Positions 36,788-46,979 are shown, counted from the first letter of the stretch. The stretch: 54,363 nt of DNA from Patescibacteria group bacterium (GCA_040384765.1 JAZKIQ010000001.1:1-54363), one strand, 5' to 3'. Notes: generated by a model from the letters alone, not told the origin. Numbers and translations are program-made.

Positions 36788-37822
36788 CTAGAGTACTGGC
36801 TGCAAAAGCCACACCAGAGCGCCGATAAGGGTGTCATACCAACGTGGCACATCTAGGGCAGGATCAAATTTAAAAGCCTCTCTCTTCCAGCCTACGATAA
36901 TTCTCTGAAGATCACGGATCATATCTTTGCGTTGAAAAAGCACTCCTGTTTCCATGTTGTAGTTGTAAGAGAGGCCATCGAGATTTTGTGAGCCTATTAC
37001 CGCCTCTTTCCCATCGATGATGAGTGCCTTGGCATGCATCATCGAGCGGGTAAAGAAAAACTCAGCACCCTTTGGATAGAGCGCGCGTACGAAGATGCGA
37101 TGAGCGAGGTCGGCGACCTGTGGGTCGGAGTGCTCTGGCAAGATCACCTCTACCTTTACCCCACGCGCAAGGGCTCGCTCAAGCTCGATAACAATAGAGG
37201 GGTTTGGTATGAAATAGGGTGAGATGATCTGAATAGTTTCGGCGGCAGAGCGAATATGGTCGCGATAGTAGCTACCGAGAAGGTTCTTTTTTGCACCGGG
37301 GATATGGTCGTAGATCCATGTTTTGGTGCCGGCAAGCCGGGAGCGGGTCAGTCGCTTTATGAGGCGAGCATCTTTGCCGCCCGATTTCCTGTACGATTTT
37401 GCAAATGATCCAATGAGGCCTTCTACGACACGGCCCGTCACCATGACGTGCAGATCGAGCCAATGAATATACTGCTGGCCAATATTCACGCCTCCAAGAA
37501 AGCCGACTTTCTCGTCGACAACAAGCACCTTGCGGTGCGTGCGGCGAAACCACTCCTTGAAGACGATCACCTCTGCTCCCCGGCTTCGAAGCCGCTCAAG
37601 CTCGGCATAGGGTGCGGTGGCGCTACCGAAGGCATCGATAATAATTTTTACGTTTACCCCCTGCTCGGCTTTTCTTCCAAGGAGATCGTAGAAGTTGTGA
37701 GAGGGAAACGTATCGTTGAGAAAAATATACATCTCCAGGTACACCGAAGACTGGGCCGCTTCGATCGCGCTGTACATTGCGTCCCACGTTTTTCGAGATG
37801 TGCTGAAGATTTTGTAACGCAT
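36788..37822 (-). CDS. Phospholipase D superfamily, cardiolipin synthase ClsB-like
   Basis: Two HKD motifs (HRKVLVVD, HAKALIID), GGVN, GSQN, PYFIP. Confidence 0.88.
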   Translation of the reverse strand: MRYKIFSTSRKTWDAMYSAIEAAQSSVYLEMYIFLNDTFPSHNFYDLLGRKAEQGVNVKIIIDAFGSATAPYAELERLRSRGAEVIVFKEWFRRTHRKVLVVDEKVGFLGGVNIGQQYIHWLDLHVMVTGRVVEGLIGSFAKSYRKSGGKDARLIKRLTRSRLAGTKTWIYDHIPGAKKNLLGSYYRDHIRSAAETIQIISPYFIPNPSIVIELERALARGVKVEVILPEHSDPQVADLAHRIFVRALYPKGAEFFFTRSMMHAKALIIDGKEAVIGSQNLDGLSYNYNMETGVLFQRKDMIRDLQRIIVGWKREAFKFDPALDVPRWYDTLIGALVWLLQPVL

Positions 37823-37831
37823 ATTAGGATA

Positions 37832-37896
37832 AGAGCTCAGAGTTCAGAGTTTAGTATTCAGCTAGACTGATCTCTGAACTCTGCAAACTAAGCTCT
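37832..37896. repeat. Inverted heptamer element, AGAGTTC family
   Basis: 4+4 heptamers around AGCTAGACT. Confidence 0.85.
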
Positions 37897-38536
37897 AGTT
37901 TAATGCATAGACCCTATCCATAATCTTCTGCGAAAGATGAATGGCCGGGTCGATGGCTTCTGCGGAAGGGGTGGTGTCGCGCTCTAGGTCATCGATCGAG
38001 AATGGCTCTCCGAAAACGACGCGCAGGTTTCGCTCGGTAACCCCTTCTATCTTTGTTGGAACGATCACTGCATTCCCAAGCCGAGCAAGGTGCACGATCC
38101 CCGGCCGAGCATGTTTCTTTGTGCCGTCCGCATTCCACCCACCCTCAGGAAAAAAACAGACCGCACGGCCATGCTTAAGAAACCATATGTGATGTCGCAA
38201 GGCCAGAGAATAGTTGCTCTGTTTCCGGTATACAGGATACGCGCCCCAGGCTCGAAACAGTGCTCCACCGTAGAGATGCTTCCCTACAGGGAACATTGAG
38301 TATTCACCTTTTGGCCGCGAGCCATAGTAGAGCGGAGTAAAGCGCCCTAAAGGGGTGAGTGCGGCGGTTACCACAATAGGATCAAGGGGGCTTGCATGGT
38401 TTGCTGCAAAAATAACCCCTTTCCCTGAAGGGATGTTCGCAAGCTTTTCGCCGCCCTCAACACGCATCCCATATCTGAATCTAAGAAGGGCTCTTGTCGG
38501 GAGCCAAGCGAGAGACTGAAGGATGCGGGGCAGCAT
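37895..38536 (-). CDS. Lysophospholipid acyltransferase (PlsC-like)
   Basis: NHASPLD and FFPEG motifs. Confidence 0.88.
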   Translation of the reverse strand: MLPRILQSLAWLPTRALLRFRYGMRVEGGEKLANIPSGKGVIFAANHASPLDPIVVTAALTPLGRFTPLYYGSRPKGEYSMFPVGKHLYGGALFRAWGAYPVYRKQSNYSLALRHHIWFLKHGRAVCFFPEGGWNADGTKKHARPGIVHLARLGNAVIVPTKIEGVTERNLRVVFGEPFSIDDLERDTTPSAEAIDPAIHLSQKIMDRVYALN

Positions 38537-38560
38537 GCTGGCATTATAAGGGACTCCAGA

Positions 38561-38640
38561 CCAGTACGGAAGGACAGAAGAACCGAAGGAGATACGTATT
38601 ACTCCTTCGGTTCTTCTGTCCTGAAACTTCTTCCCTACTT
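38561..38640. repeat. Inverted octamer array (CNGAAGNA) forming a 21-bp stem after dnaJ
   Basis: AGGACAGAAGAACCGAAGGAG / CTCCTTCGGTTCTTCTGTCCT. Confidence 0.7.
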
Positions 38641-38650
38641 GTGTCTGAAT

Positions 38651-39745
38651 CTAGATCCCCTCCTCCTTCAGCTCCTCCACGAGCTTCGCTGCTTTCTTCG
38701 AAAGTTTGCTTGGTGTTTTGAGAATCACTCGCACAAGAAGGTCGCCGCGGCGTGATCCGTCGAGAGGTACCCCTTTCCCTTTTACGCGAAGAAGCTCTCC
38801 ATGAGAGATACCTGCCGGAACCTTGAGCGTGAGAGGTGCCTCGAGTGTTTCGATCTTGTACTCAGCACCGAGAAGCGCATCGGTAAATTTGATCTCGAGA
38901 TCCATGAGGAGGTTTGCCCCATCTCGTGTGAAGAGAGGGTGTCGTTCGACATGAATTTTTACGTAGAGATCACCCGGTGTGCCGTGCGGTATCGCCTCTC
39001 CGCGGCCTCCCATACGAATCATCTCACCATCTCCAATACCCGCAGGGATATGTACGGCAATCTCCTCTGCCTGCTTCACAATCCCTTTTCCTGCACAGGT
39101 TGCACACGGCTCATCGGGCAGTTGGCCTTTTCCTGCGCACTGGTCGCACTCACGCTCTGTGGTAAAGGTACCCATGAGAGATCGGCGTGATTCTCGAATG
39201 GTGCCCTTGCCGTCACATGACTTGCAGGTGACCATCTTGCTCCCTGGCTTTGCGCCTTTGCCGGAGCAGATGTTGCACGCACCTACTTTGTTGAGAAGCA
39301 TCGTACGAGTGACCCCAAATACAGACTCACGAAAGGTGATCTGTACATCGATAGCGATATCGCGCCCACGCCGTGGAGCACGGCCGCGCCCACCCCCAAA
39401 GATTCCTTCAAAAATATCAGAGAAGTCTGCTGATTGTCCGTCGCCACCTCCAAAGCCTGCCTGACGAAACATCTCCGAAAAGTCGAAACCTTGTCCGCCT
39501 GCAAAGCCAGAGTAGTCAAACCCTCCTGGGCCACCGTTTGCGCCCGCCTGGCCAAACTGGTCGTACTGAGCCCTCTTTTTTTCATCGGAGAGTATCTGGT
39601 ACGCCTCGTTTACTTTTTTGAACTTCGCCTCATCCCCTCCTTTTTTATCAGGATGGTATTGATGCGCGAGCTTTCGGAACGCTTTTTTAATTTCGTCCTT
39701 TGTTGCCCCGCGCTCTATTCCAAGTATTTCGTAGTAGTTTTCCAT
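38651..39745 (-). CDS. dnaJ: Chaperone DnaJ
   Basis: HPD J-domain, G/F region, four CxxCxGxG repeats. Confidence 0.98.
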   Translation of the reverse strand: MENYYEILGIERGATKDEIKKAFRKLAHQYHPDKKGGDEAKFKKVNEAYQILSDEKKRAQYDQFGQAGANGGPGGFDYSGFAGGQGFDFSEMFRQAGFGGGDGQSADFSDIFEGIFGGGRGRAPRRGRDIAIDVQITFRESVFGVTRTMLLNKVGACNICSGKGAKPGSKMVTCKSCDGKGTIRESRRSLMGTFTTERECDQCAGKGQLPDEPCATCAGKGIVKQAEEIAVHIPAGIGDGEMIRMGGRGEAIPHGTPGDLYVKIHVERHPLFTRDGANLLMDLEIKFTDALLGAEYKIETLEAPLTLKVPAGISHGELLRVKGKGVPLDGSRRGDLLVRVILKTPSKLSKKAAKLVEELKEEGI

Positions 39746-39754
39746 GGTTGGGTC

Positions 39755-39834
39755 AGAGATCAGAGCTCAGTTTTCAGAGTTCAGTCGACGCCAATTAGGA
39801 GTGACTGAACTCTGAGCTCTAAACTCTGAACTCT
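39755..39834. repeat. Inverted heptamer element, AGAGTTC family, 16-nt spacer
   Basis: 4 heptamers-AGTC-GACGCCAATTAGGAGT-GACT-4 heptamers. Confidence 0.85.
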
Positions 39835-39838
39835 AGAT

Positions 39839-41740
39839 TTACTTCGTCTCCGCATCCCGAATCGGGCCCTCCTCCGGTCCACCTTCGTCCTTCTTTGGTT
39901 CCTCGCCTGCCCCCGGTGGGGTTTGCTGATTTTTCATCATTGCCTCACCGATTTTCGAAAGCTCTCGTGAGAGCTCTTCGGTTGCTGTTTTAATTGCAGC
40001 CGTATCCGAGCCGTTGCGAATGTTTTTGAGCGCATCGATCTTTGCCTGTACTGCACTCTTTACCTCGGCAGGGGCTTTGTCACCTGCATCGATGAGGGCC
40101 TTCTCTGCTGTATGCACCAGGGTGTCGGCATTGTTGCGAGTCTCTGCCTCATCCTTTTTCTTTTTATCCTCCTCTGCGTAGAGCTCGGCGTCTTTCTTCA
40201 TCTTCTCGATCTCCTCAGGCGTAAGGGCCGATCGGGCTTCGATTTTGATCGACTGCTCCTTTCCGCTTGTTTTGTCTTTTGCTTTTACGTTCAAGATGCC
40301 GTTTACATCGATGTCGAATGTCACCTCAACCTGTGGCATGCCGCGTGGAGCAGGAGGGATACCGTCGAGCGTAAACTGTCCGAGAGATTTGTTGTCTCCT
40401 GCCATCTGTCGCTCACCCTGAACGACATGGATGGTTACCGATGTTTGGTTGTCTGATGCTGTAGAAAAGATCTGCGAGCGAGACGAAGGGATCGTGGTGT
40501 TCTTCTCAATGAGCTTAGTCGAGATCCCTCCCATGGTCTCAATGCCGAGCGAAAGTGGGATAACGTCGAGGAGGAGGATATCTTTTACGTCACCCTGCAA
40601 AATACCGGCCTGAATCGCTGCGCCGAGCGCCACCACTTCGTCAGGGTTGATCGAGCGATTTGGCTCTTTGCCGAAAAGCTTCTTCACCTCTTCCTGGATT
40701 TTCGGCATGCGTGTCTGTCCTCCTACGAGAATCACCTCGTTGATCTCTTCCATCTTGAGGCCTGATGCCGCAAGCGCTCGCTTGGTGATCTCGATTGAGC
40801 GGTCGATATACTCTCCGGCAAGCCCCTCAAGCGCGCTGCGTGTGAGCGTCATAAGGAGGTGCTGGGGTCCGTTTTCGTTTGAGGTGATAAACGGAATATT
40901 GATCTCGCTCGAGAGCGTACTCGAAAGCTCATGCTTTGCTTTCTCTGCAGCCTCCTTCAGGCGCTGTACAGCGAGCGGGTCATTGATGACATCGATGCCT
41001 GACTGCTTTTTAAACTCGTCCGCAATCCATTTAATGATCTTCTGGTCGATATCCTCGCCTCCCATGTGAGAGTCGCCATCGGTCGACTTCACCTCGATCG
41101 ACTGCTCGTCGCCATCCCCGCCGATCTCAAGCACGGTGACGTCAAATGTGCCACCTCCGAAGTCGTAGACGACCACTTTCTCATCTTTTTTCTTGTTAAA
41201 ACCGTATGCGAGCGCGGCTGCTGTTGGCTCGTTGATAATGCGTCGCACCTTGAAGCCTGCAATCTCTCCGGCATTCTTGGTTGCCTGGCGCTGAGAGTCG
41301 TCAAAATAGGCAGGCACCGTGATTACGGCCTCTTCGATCTTCTCGCCGAGGCGCGCTTCGGCATCTGCCTTGAGCTTGGCAAGCACCATAGAGGACACCT
41401 CTTCCGGGCGATACGTCTTGTCGCCCATTTTTACCTTTACGCCACCATCGTCCGAACGCGTGATCTCAAAGGAGACCGCTTTCATATCGCGCTGCACCGA
41501 TGCATCCTCGAAGCGGTGACCCATGAGGCGCTTCACGCCGTAGATCGTGTTTCTAGGATTGGTGATCGCCTGGCGCTTCGCGAGCAAGCCGACTAGTCGC
41601 TCCCCACCTTTTGAGATCGCCACCGTAGAAGGGGTGGTGCGCACACCCTCTGTGTTTTCAATGATTTTCGGTTCGCCTCCCTCTACATACGCCATTGCGG
41701 AGTAGGTGGTACCGAGATCGATTCCAAGAATTTTTGCCAT
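39839..41740 (-). CDS. dnaK: Chaperone DnaK
   Basis: GIDLGTT, TVPAYF, DFGGGTFD, GGQTRMP, DILLLDV. Confidence 0.99.
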   Translation of the reverse strand: MAKILGIDLGTTYSAMAYVEGGEPKIIENTEGVRTTPSTVAISKGGERLVGLLAKRQAITNPRNTIYGVKRLMGHRFEDASVQRDMKAVSFEITRSDDGGVKVKMGDKTYRPEEVSSMVLAKLKADAEARLGEKIEEAVITVPAYFDDSQRQATKNAGEIAGFKVRRIINEPTAAALAYGFNKKKDEKVVVYDFGGGTFDVTVLEIGGDGDEQSIEVKSTDGDSHMGGEDIDQKIIKWIADEFKKQSGIDVINDPLAVQRLKEAAEKAKHELSSTLSSEINIPFITSNENGPQHLLMTLTRSALEGLAGEYIDRSIEITKRALAASGLKMEEINEVILVGGQTRMPKIQEEVKKLFGKEPNRSINPDEVVALGAAIQAGILQGDVKDILLLDVIPLSLGIETMGGISTKLIEKNTTIPSSRSQIFSTASDNQTSVTIHVVQGERQMAGDNKSLGQFTLDGIPPAPRGMPQVEVTFDIDVNGILNVKAKDKTSGKEQSIKIEARSALTPEEIEKMKKDAELYAEEDKKKKDEAETRNNADTLVHTAEKALIDAGDKAPAEVKSAVQAKIDALKNIRNGSDTAAIKTATEELSRELSKIGEAMMKNQQTPPGAGEEPKKDEGGPEEGPIRDAETK

Positions 41741-41760
41741 CTGTGTTGTGGGTTGGTTGA

Positions 41761-42318
41761 TTAGTTCGACAATTCTTCAAAATGGGCCACCTTCACTTTT
41801 GCGGGACGGAGCAGCTTGTCGTGAAGCTGGTAGCCAGGCTGAGTGACTACTGCGACGGTATCGTCCTCATCTTTTGTCTCTGTCGGCACAGCTGCTATGG
41901 ACTGATGCTTTCCCGGGTCAAACTTGTCCCCGGGGCTCGGCTCGATCTTTTTAATGCCGTGACTCTCGAGCTGGGAGATCATCTTCTGGTAGATCGACTC
42001 TACGCCAATGCGCCAGTTGCGGTCTACTTTTTCCCAGGCTTCCTTATGGGCAAAGGCCATATCAAACGTATCGAGCACTTCAAGCATATCCTCGATGACA
42101 TGAGCCGAGGCGTATTTCACGATCTCCACACGCGCTGTCTCCTCCTGTTTCCGAGCGTTCACGAAGTCAGCCTTTACGCGCTGCCAGCCGTCGAGATACT
42201 CCTGGCGCTCACGCTTGCACACCTCGAGCTCCTCGCGCAGCTTTTTTAGCTTGTCTTTAGGAGAGAGCTCCTCCCCTTCCTTTTCATCCATTGCTTCGTA
42301 TGAAATGTCGTCGCTCAT
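41761..42318 (-). CDS. grpE: Nucleotide exchange factor GrpE
   Basis: ADFVNARK, FDP..H, GY.LHDKLLRPAKV. Confidence 0.96.
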   Translation of the reverse strand: MSDDISYEAMDEKEGEELSPKDKLKKLREELEVCKRERQEYLDGWQRVKADFVNARKQEETARVEIVKYASAHVIEDMLEVLDTFDMAFAHKEAWEKVDRNWRIGVESIYQKMISQLESHGIKKIEPSPGDKFDPGKHQSIAAVPTETKDEDDTVAVVTQPGYQLHDKLLRPAKVKVAHFEELSN

Positions 42319-42472
42319 AATTGCCCGAGGAAAAGACTAAAAGTTTTAATGACCTATTATACACGATTTTGGAGTTGTCAACAAATCAGACATTCTCAAT
42401 GGACGCAAGGTCGAACCTTGTACACATAGTAGAACGGGCGACCTCCTGGACGCCCTGTTTTCCCCGATCGCC

Positions 42473-43006
42473 TCATCCCTTTTTCTGTGCTGCGATGTTC
42501 ATGTCGAGGTACTGGATCAAGCGTTTGCGAAGTGCTCGCCACTCCTCGGGACAGATATATTTGCCGTGTCCAGAAGGATTACTTAGCTCGGGCCCTCTCT
42601 CAGGCCAGTGGAGTCCGGGCAGACCGATGACTTTGAGACTGGGAACTCGTACCAGCTGCTCGTAGTCGCTCCGTACCGTGTTGACGACGTAGCTCGGCGC
42701 ATCCAGGGGCGCTACTTTAGGGTTGATACGCAGGTCGACATGTCCCTTTGTGTCAACCGTGACCCAGAACACCTCGCAGACGACCAGCGAATCATCGACA
42801 TGTGAGCACTCAAGCTCGATCGGAACAGGATCCCAGATCGCGTATATCTTGCGGTCACGCACATCGACGTTCTTGACACCACGCTCCTTTTTGAGGTGCG
42901 CCAGAACTGTTTCTAGCGGAATACCTATTTCCCCTCTGTGAACTTTACCGGCAACTTCCGAGACGACCTCATGGGCTCTTCCAATAAACTTCGCACCATT
43001 GAGCAT
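42473..43006 (-). CDS. Hypothetical protein
   Basis: 177 aa; GGAGG SD; TAGACT-17-TACTTT promoter overlapping the cdaA stop. Confidence 0.6.
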   Translation of the reverse strand: MLNGAKFIGRAHEVVSEVAGKVHRGEIGIPLETVLAHLKKERGVKNVDVRDRKIYAIWDPVPIELECSHVDDSLVVCEVFWVTVDTKGHVDLRINPKVAPLDAPSYVVNTVRSDYEQLVRVPSLKVIGLPGLHWPERGPELSNPSGHGKYICPEEWRALRKRLIQYLDMNIAAQKKG

Positions 43007-43064
43007 CTCCTCCCACCTTTCACGTTAGCTCTAGAAGCAAAGTACCACAAAAAATTAAAGCAGT

Positions 43065-43919
43065 CTACTTCCCTATTACCACAAGCCAAAGAAGGAGCGC
43101 GATAGCGAGAGCGACGAGGCGGTCGGGAAGGTTTTGGCGAAAAAGGATATGCCACATTGAAGGGCTCTTGCGGGAAAACATATGCTCTCCAAATGCTTCG
43201 AGTTGGGTTTTGAGTTCGTCGATAGTCACTTTTTCGAGCTTCCCGTTTCGAGCAAGCGAGATGGTCTGTTTTTCTTCTGAGACGATGACGATGAATGCGT
43301 CGGTGCGCTCTGCAAGGCCTAGGCCTGCCCGGTGGCGGGTACCATGGTCGCGAATGGCGCGAATATCGTCGGCGAGCGGCAGGTGTACACCAAAACGACT
43401 TACTTTGTTCCCTTCTATGATTACTGCTCCATCGTGGCCAGGAGATGAAGGGTCGAAAATGGATACGAGAAGGCTCGATGAGAGGCGGCCATCGAGCATA
43501 TTGCCACCATCTAGATGGCGCTCGATCGGCATCTCGCCTGGGAAAACGATGAGGGCACCGATCTTTCGTTCAAGAAAGTAGCTTATAGATTTAACGACGC
43601 TTTCGACTGTCTTGTTGAATTCGGGAATTGCCGGAGAAAAAAGCAGGTTGCCAACAAGAGAGAATGAAAAACCTTCAAAAAATCGCCGAAACTCTCGCTG
43701 AAACACAACAACCAGAATGATGATAAAAAATGAAAAGAAGAACTGGAAAATGTTGACCGTGAGCGAGAGACCGAGATAGAACGCAAGCAGGTAGACGATA
43801 AGCAGCGATACAATACCGCGGAAAATAAAAATCGACTGCGTCCGTTTGAGCAGCTGAATTACCGTATAGATAAGTACGGCCACTATGAGAATGTCGACAA
43901 GACTCGCGAGTACGCTCAT
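43065..43919 (-). CDS. cdaA: Membrane-bound diadenylate cyclase, CdaA type
   Basis: 3 N-terminal TM, VFQREFRR, HDGA, GTRHRA, IVSEE. Confidence 0.88.
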   Translation of the reverse strand: MSVLASLVDILIVAVLIYTVIQLLKRTQSIFIFRGIVSLLIVYLLAFYLGLSLTVNIFQFFFSFFIIILVVVFQREFRRFFEGFSFSLVGNLLFSPAIPEFNKTVESVVKSISYFLERKIGALIVFPGEMPIERHLDGGNMLDGRLSSSLLVSIFDPSSPGHDGAVIIEGNKVSRFGVHLPLADDIRAIRDHGTRHRAGLGLAERTDAFIVIVSEEKQTISLARNGKLEKVTIDELKTQLEAFGEHMFSRKSPSMWHILFRQNLPDRLVALAIALLLWLVVIGK

Positions 43920-43927
43920 TGCTGCAG

Positions 43928-43992
43928 AGAGATTAGAGCTCAGAGTTTAGAGTTCAGTCTGACTAAGCTCTGAACTCTGTAAACTGAACTCT
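43928..43992. repeat. Inverted heptamer element, AGAGTTC family
   Basis: 4+4 heptamers around AGTCTGACT. Confidence 0.85.
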
Positions 43993-43998
43993 TGGATT

Positions 43999-45252
43999 TT
44001 AGTAGTTTAGTAGCCGTTTCGACTTATCATGTCCTCGAATCTTCTCGTGAGCTTTTGCTTCGATCTGGCGGATGCGCTCGCGAGTTACTCCAAACTCCTG
44101 CCCTACCTCTTCGAGTGTATGCATGATGCCGTCTGAAAGGCCGTGGCGCATCTCAAGAATCTTCCGCTCTTTTGGAGTAAGGTCGGCGAGGATCTCTTTG
44201 ATCTGGTCTGCGAGAATACGCTGGGATGCCTGGATATCAGGTGCAAGAATCTTGTCGTCGGCAATAAACTCTCCGAGCACTGACTTTTCGTCGTCGTCGC
44301 CAACAGGGCGCTCAAGCGACACCGTGCTCTGGTCGATCTTTTCGATGGTATGCACTTTTTCTACCTCGATCCCCATTTCGGTTGCGATCTCCTCTGGAAG
44401 TGGGTCTCGGCCGAGGTCTTGTGAAAGTCTGCGAAGCACCTGCTTATATTTTGCGATGGTCTCCACCATGTGCACAGGGATACGGATCGTGCGCGACTGG
44501 TCGGCAAGAGCACGCGTAATAGCCTGGCGAATCCACCAGGTTGCATAGGTTGAAAACTTGTACCCTTTCGTCCAGTCAAATTTCTCTACGGCTTTGAAAA
44601 GACCGAGGTTTCCTTCCTGGATAAGGTCGAGAAGTGTGAGGTCGCTTGAGCGGCCAATATATTTCTTTGCGATAGATACCACGAGGCGAAGGTTCGCCTT
44701 GATAAGCATATTCTTTGCCTCGTCGTCACCCACCTCAATACGCTTTGCGAGCTCTCGCTCTTCGCTTGCGTTGATCAGCTTGTGGTGGCCGATCTCCTTG
44801 AGATACATCTGTACCGAATCGAGCCCTCCGCCCTCGCGGTAGCTCCTGCTTACCGACGGCGTCTTTTCGTCGACATCGATATCGAGAAGACCCCCACCCT
44901 CGAGTACGTCCACACCAGCTTCAGAAAGCCTCTCGTAGAGTGAGTCGAGGAATACGATATCATTCTCGATATACGGAAACTCTCGCAAAAGCTCTGCGTG
45001 GGTAATGAAGCCGCGCTGCTTTCCCTTTGCAATAATCTTGTTTACTCGACGCTCGGTAACCTCTTTTGATTCTTTTCTGTTTGCAAGAGCGTCGGCGTTT
45101 TCTGCAGCCCGTCTAGGAGCAGGTAGCGTAGAACCACCTCCTTTTTTCTGGAGTTTTTTAGGAGGCGCAGCTTTTTTTGCAACCGGTGGCGCTTTTGCCT
45201 TCGGTTTTTTAACAGGAGCCGCTTTTGCTTTGGTGGTTTTTTTGGTTGCCAT
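43999..45252 (-). CDS. rpoD: Primary sigma70 factor
   Basis: [37 protein letters not shown]; start moved to MATKK. Confidence 0.96.
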   Translation of the reverse strand: MATKKTTKAKAAPVKKPKAKAPPVAKKAAPPKKLQKKGGGSTLPAPRRAAENADALANRKESKEVTERRVNKIIAKGKQRGFITHAELLREFPYIENDIVFLDSLYERLSEAGVDVLEGGGLLDIDVDEKTPSVSRSYREGGGLDSVQMYLKEIGHHKLINASEERELAKRIEVGDDEAKNMLIKANLRLVVSIAKKYIGRSSDLTLLDLIQEGNLGLFKAVEKFDWTKGYKFSTYATWWIRQAITRALADQSRTIRIPVHMVETIAKYKQVLRRLSQDLGRDPLPEEIATEMGIEVEKVHTIEKIDQSTVSLERPVGDDDEKSVLGEFIADDKILAPDIQASQRILADQIKEILADLTPKERKILEMRHGLSDGIMHTLEEVGQEFGVTRERIRQIEAKAHEKIRGHDKSKRLLNY

Positions 45253-45272
45253 GCGATATAAGTACGAAAAAT

Positions 45273-46979
45273 CTATTCGCGTAGAATGCGCTCTTTCTTG
45301 AGTTGTGTGATCTGCGAGGTGATCCGCTGGCACTCGGCCAAAAGTAGTTTTACTTGTTCGGTGTCACCCACTGCCTCTGCATCACGAAGTTTTTTCATAG
45401 TAACACTAAACTCATCTTTTAGGAACCCCTCCGCGAGTGCTGGGAAAAGCTCCCGTATCCCTTTCGGATTTTCTCCGTACATCACTTCCGCCTGCAGTGC
45501 ATACTCGGGTATCTTTGCGGACACCTCTTCTACGAGTGCTGCTGCGCGCTCGCCAAGAAGCAGATCTACCTCTCGGCGAATCTCTGCGACATTGATCAGC
45601 GAATCCGCTTTCTCCGAAACCATGGCAAGAGCACCTAAGAGCTTTGCCAAAAGCTCTTTTACCCGCGACTCCTCCTTGGGCAACTCCTTGCGAGGCGCTC
45701 CGGCGTCGGGCCGAGTGCGAGAGATCTTGGGTACGCTTCGCACGCTCTCCCACACAGCGGACTCGCTCACTCCAAGGTGTTCAGCTACTTTTTTCACGTA
45801 GTGGCCCTGATCGAGCGAGCTAGCGAGAGACCCCACAAACGGCATCAGCTCTTCCTGTATTCGCTTGCGAAGCTCTGCGCCGGAGAGATTTTGTGCTCGG
45901 TATACGCCGAGATAAAAGTCGATCACATGGTCCGCCTCCTTGATAAGACGTGTCCACTCGGAAGGATTTGCACGCGCGACATCCGCAGGGTCCATTCCTG
46001 GCGGCAAAAGTGCCACTTTTACGTTCATGCCGAGGCCAAGCGCCATGGCGAGAGCTCGCCCCGCTGCTTTTATCCCTGCCGCATCTGCATCAAAGGCCAT
46101 CACCAGGTTTTCGGAGAGGCGCTTGAGGGATACGAGGTGGTCTTCGGTAAGAGCTGTGCCTGATACGGCAACTGCGTTGGTGACCCCCGACTGGTGCGAA
46201 AGCACAAGGTCCATCTGGCCTTCTACGAGTATGGTGCAGTCGCTTTTGCGGATCGCCTGCTTTGCCTTGTCGATGCCAAACAGCACGTGAGACTTCTGGT
46301 AGAGCGTGGTCTCAGGCGAGTTCATATATTTGGGAAGCTCGTCTCCCAATACACGGCCCGAAAACCCAATGGTGTTACCAACCGTATCTTTGATCGGGAA
46401 CATTACTCTGCCGCGGAAGCGGTCGTAGAACGGGCCTTTCGGTGAGCGTATGATCATCCCCGTCTTTTCGATCAAAGCCTCATCGTGCTTTCTTGAGAGC
46501 AGAAACTCATGCAACACTCTCCAGCCGTCGGGTGCGAACCCCACCTCAAAGTGGCGAATCGTCTCGTCGGTAAGGCCACGATCGTGTACATACTCGAGTA
46601 CGGACATGTTCTTGCCAAGCGTGGCCTGAAACATGAGCGATGCATCGGTCATGATCGCAAGCAGCTTCTCTTTTTCGGTGCGCTCTTCTTTGCGCTCACG
46701 CTCGAGAGTTACTCCCGTGCGATCAGCCAGCATTTTAAGCGCGCCCATGAAGTCGAGCCCCTCGATCTCCTGGGTAAAGGTGAAGATGTCACCTCCCTTT
46801 GCGCAACCAAAGCAGTGAAATGTTTCCCGTCCAGGAGAGACGAAGAACGATGGCGTTTTTTCGTTGTGGAAAGGACAGCGCCCTTTCCAGTTGACCCCTG
46901 CTTTTTCCAACTTCACATAGCCGCCGACCAGGTCGACGATAGAGAGCTTCTGCTTAATCTGCTCGACTGAGTTGGACAC
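45273..46979 (-). CDS. dnaG: DNA primase
   Basis: CPFH...CFGC zinc finger, [21 protein letters not shown]; probable GTG start 46979. Confidence 0.95.
   Translation of the reverse strand: MSNSVEQIKQKLSIVDLVGGYVKLEKAGVNWKGRCPFHNEKTPSFFVSPGRETFHCFGCAKGGDIFTFTQEIEGLDFMGALKMLADRTGVTLERERKEERTEKEKLLAIMTDASLMFQATLGKNMSVLEYVHDRGLTDETIRHFEVGFAPDGWRVLHEFLLSRKHDEALIEKTGMIIRSPKGPFYDRFRGRVMFPIKDTVGNTIGFSGRVLGDELPKYMNSPETTLYQKSHVLFGIDKAKQAIRKSDCTILVEGQMDLVLSHQSGVTNAVAVSGTALTEDHLVSLKRLSENLVMAFDADAAGIKAAGRALAMALGLGMNVKVALLPPGMDPADVARANPSEWTRLIKEADHVIDFYLGVYRAQNLSGAELRKRIQEELMPFVGSLASSLDQGHYVKKVAEHLGVSESAVWESVRSVPKISRTRPDAGAPRKELPKEESRVKELLAKLLGALAMVSEKADSLINVAEIRREVDLLLGERAAALVEEVSAKIPEYALQAEVMYGENPKGIRELFPALAEGFLKDEFSVTMKKLRDAEAVGDTEQVKLLLAECQRITSQITQLKKERILRE

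Noticed and set aside
42319-42385. CIRCE element upstream of grpE-dnaK-dnaJ
   Set aside because: No TTAGCACTC-N9-GAGTGCTAA match and no hrcA in the window.
11212-43992. Heptamer arrays as CRISPR repeats
   Set aside because: Units are 7 nt, degenerate, inverted and without unique spacers; no cas genes in the window.
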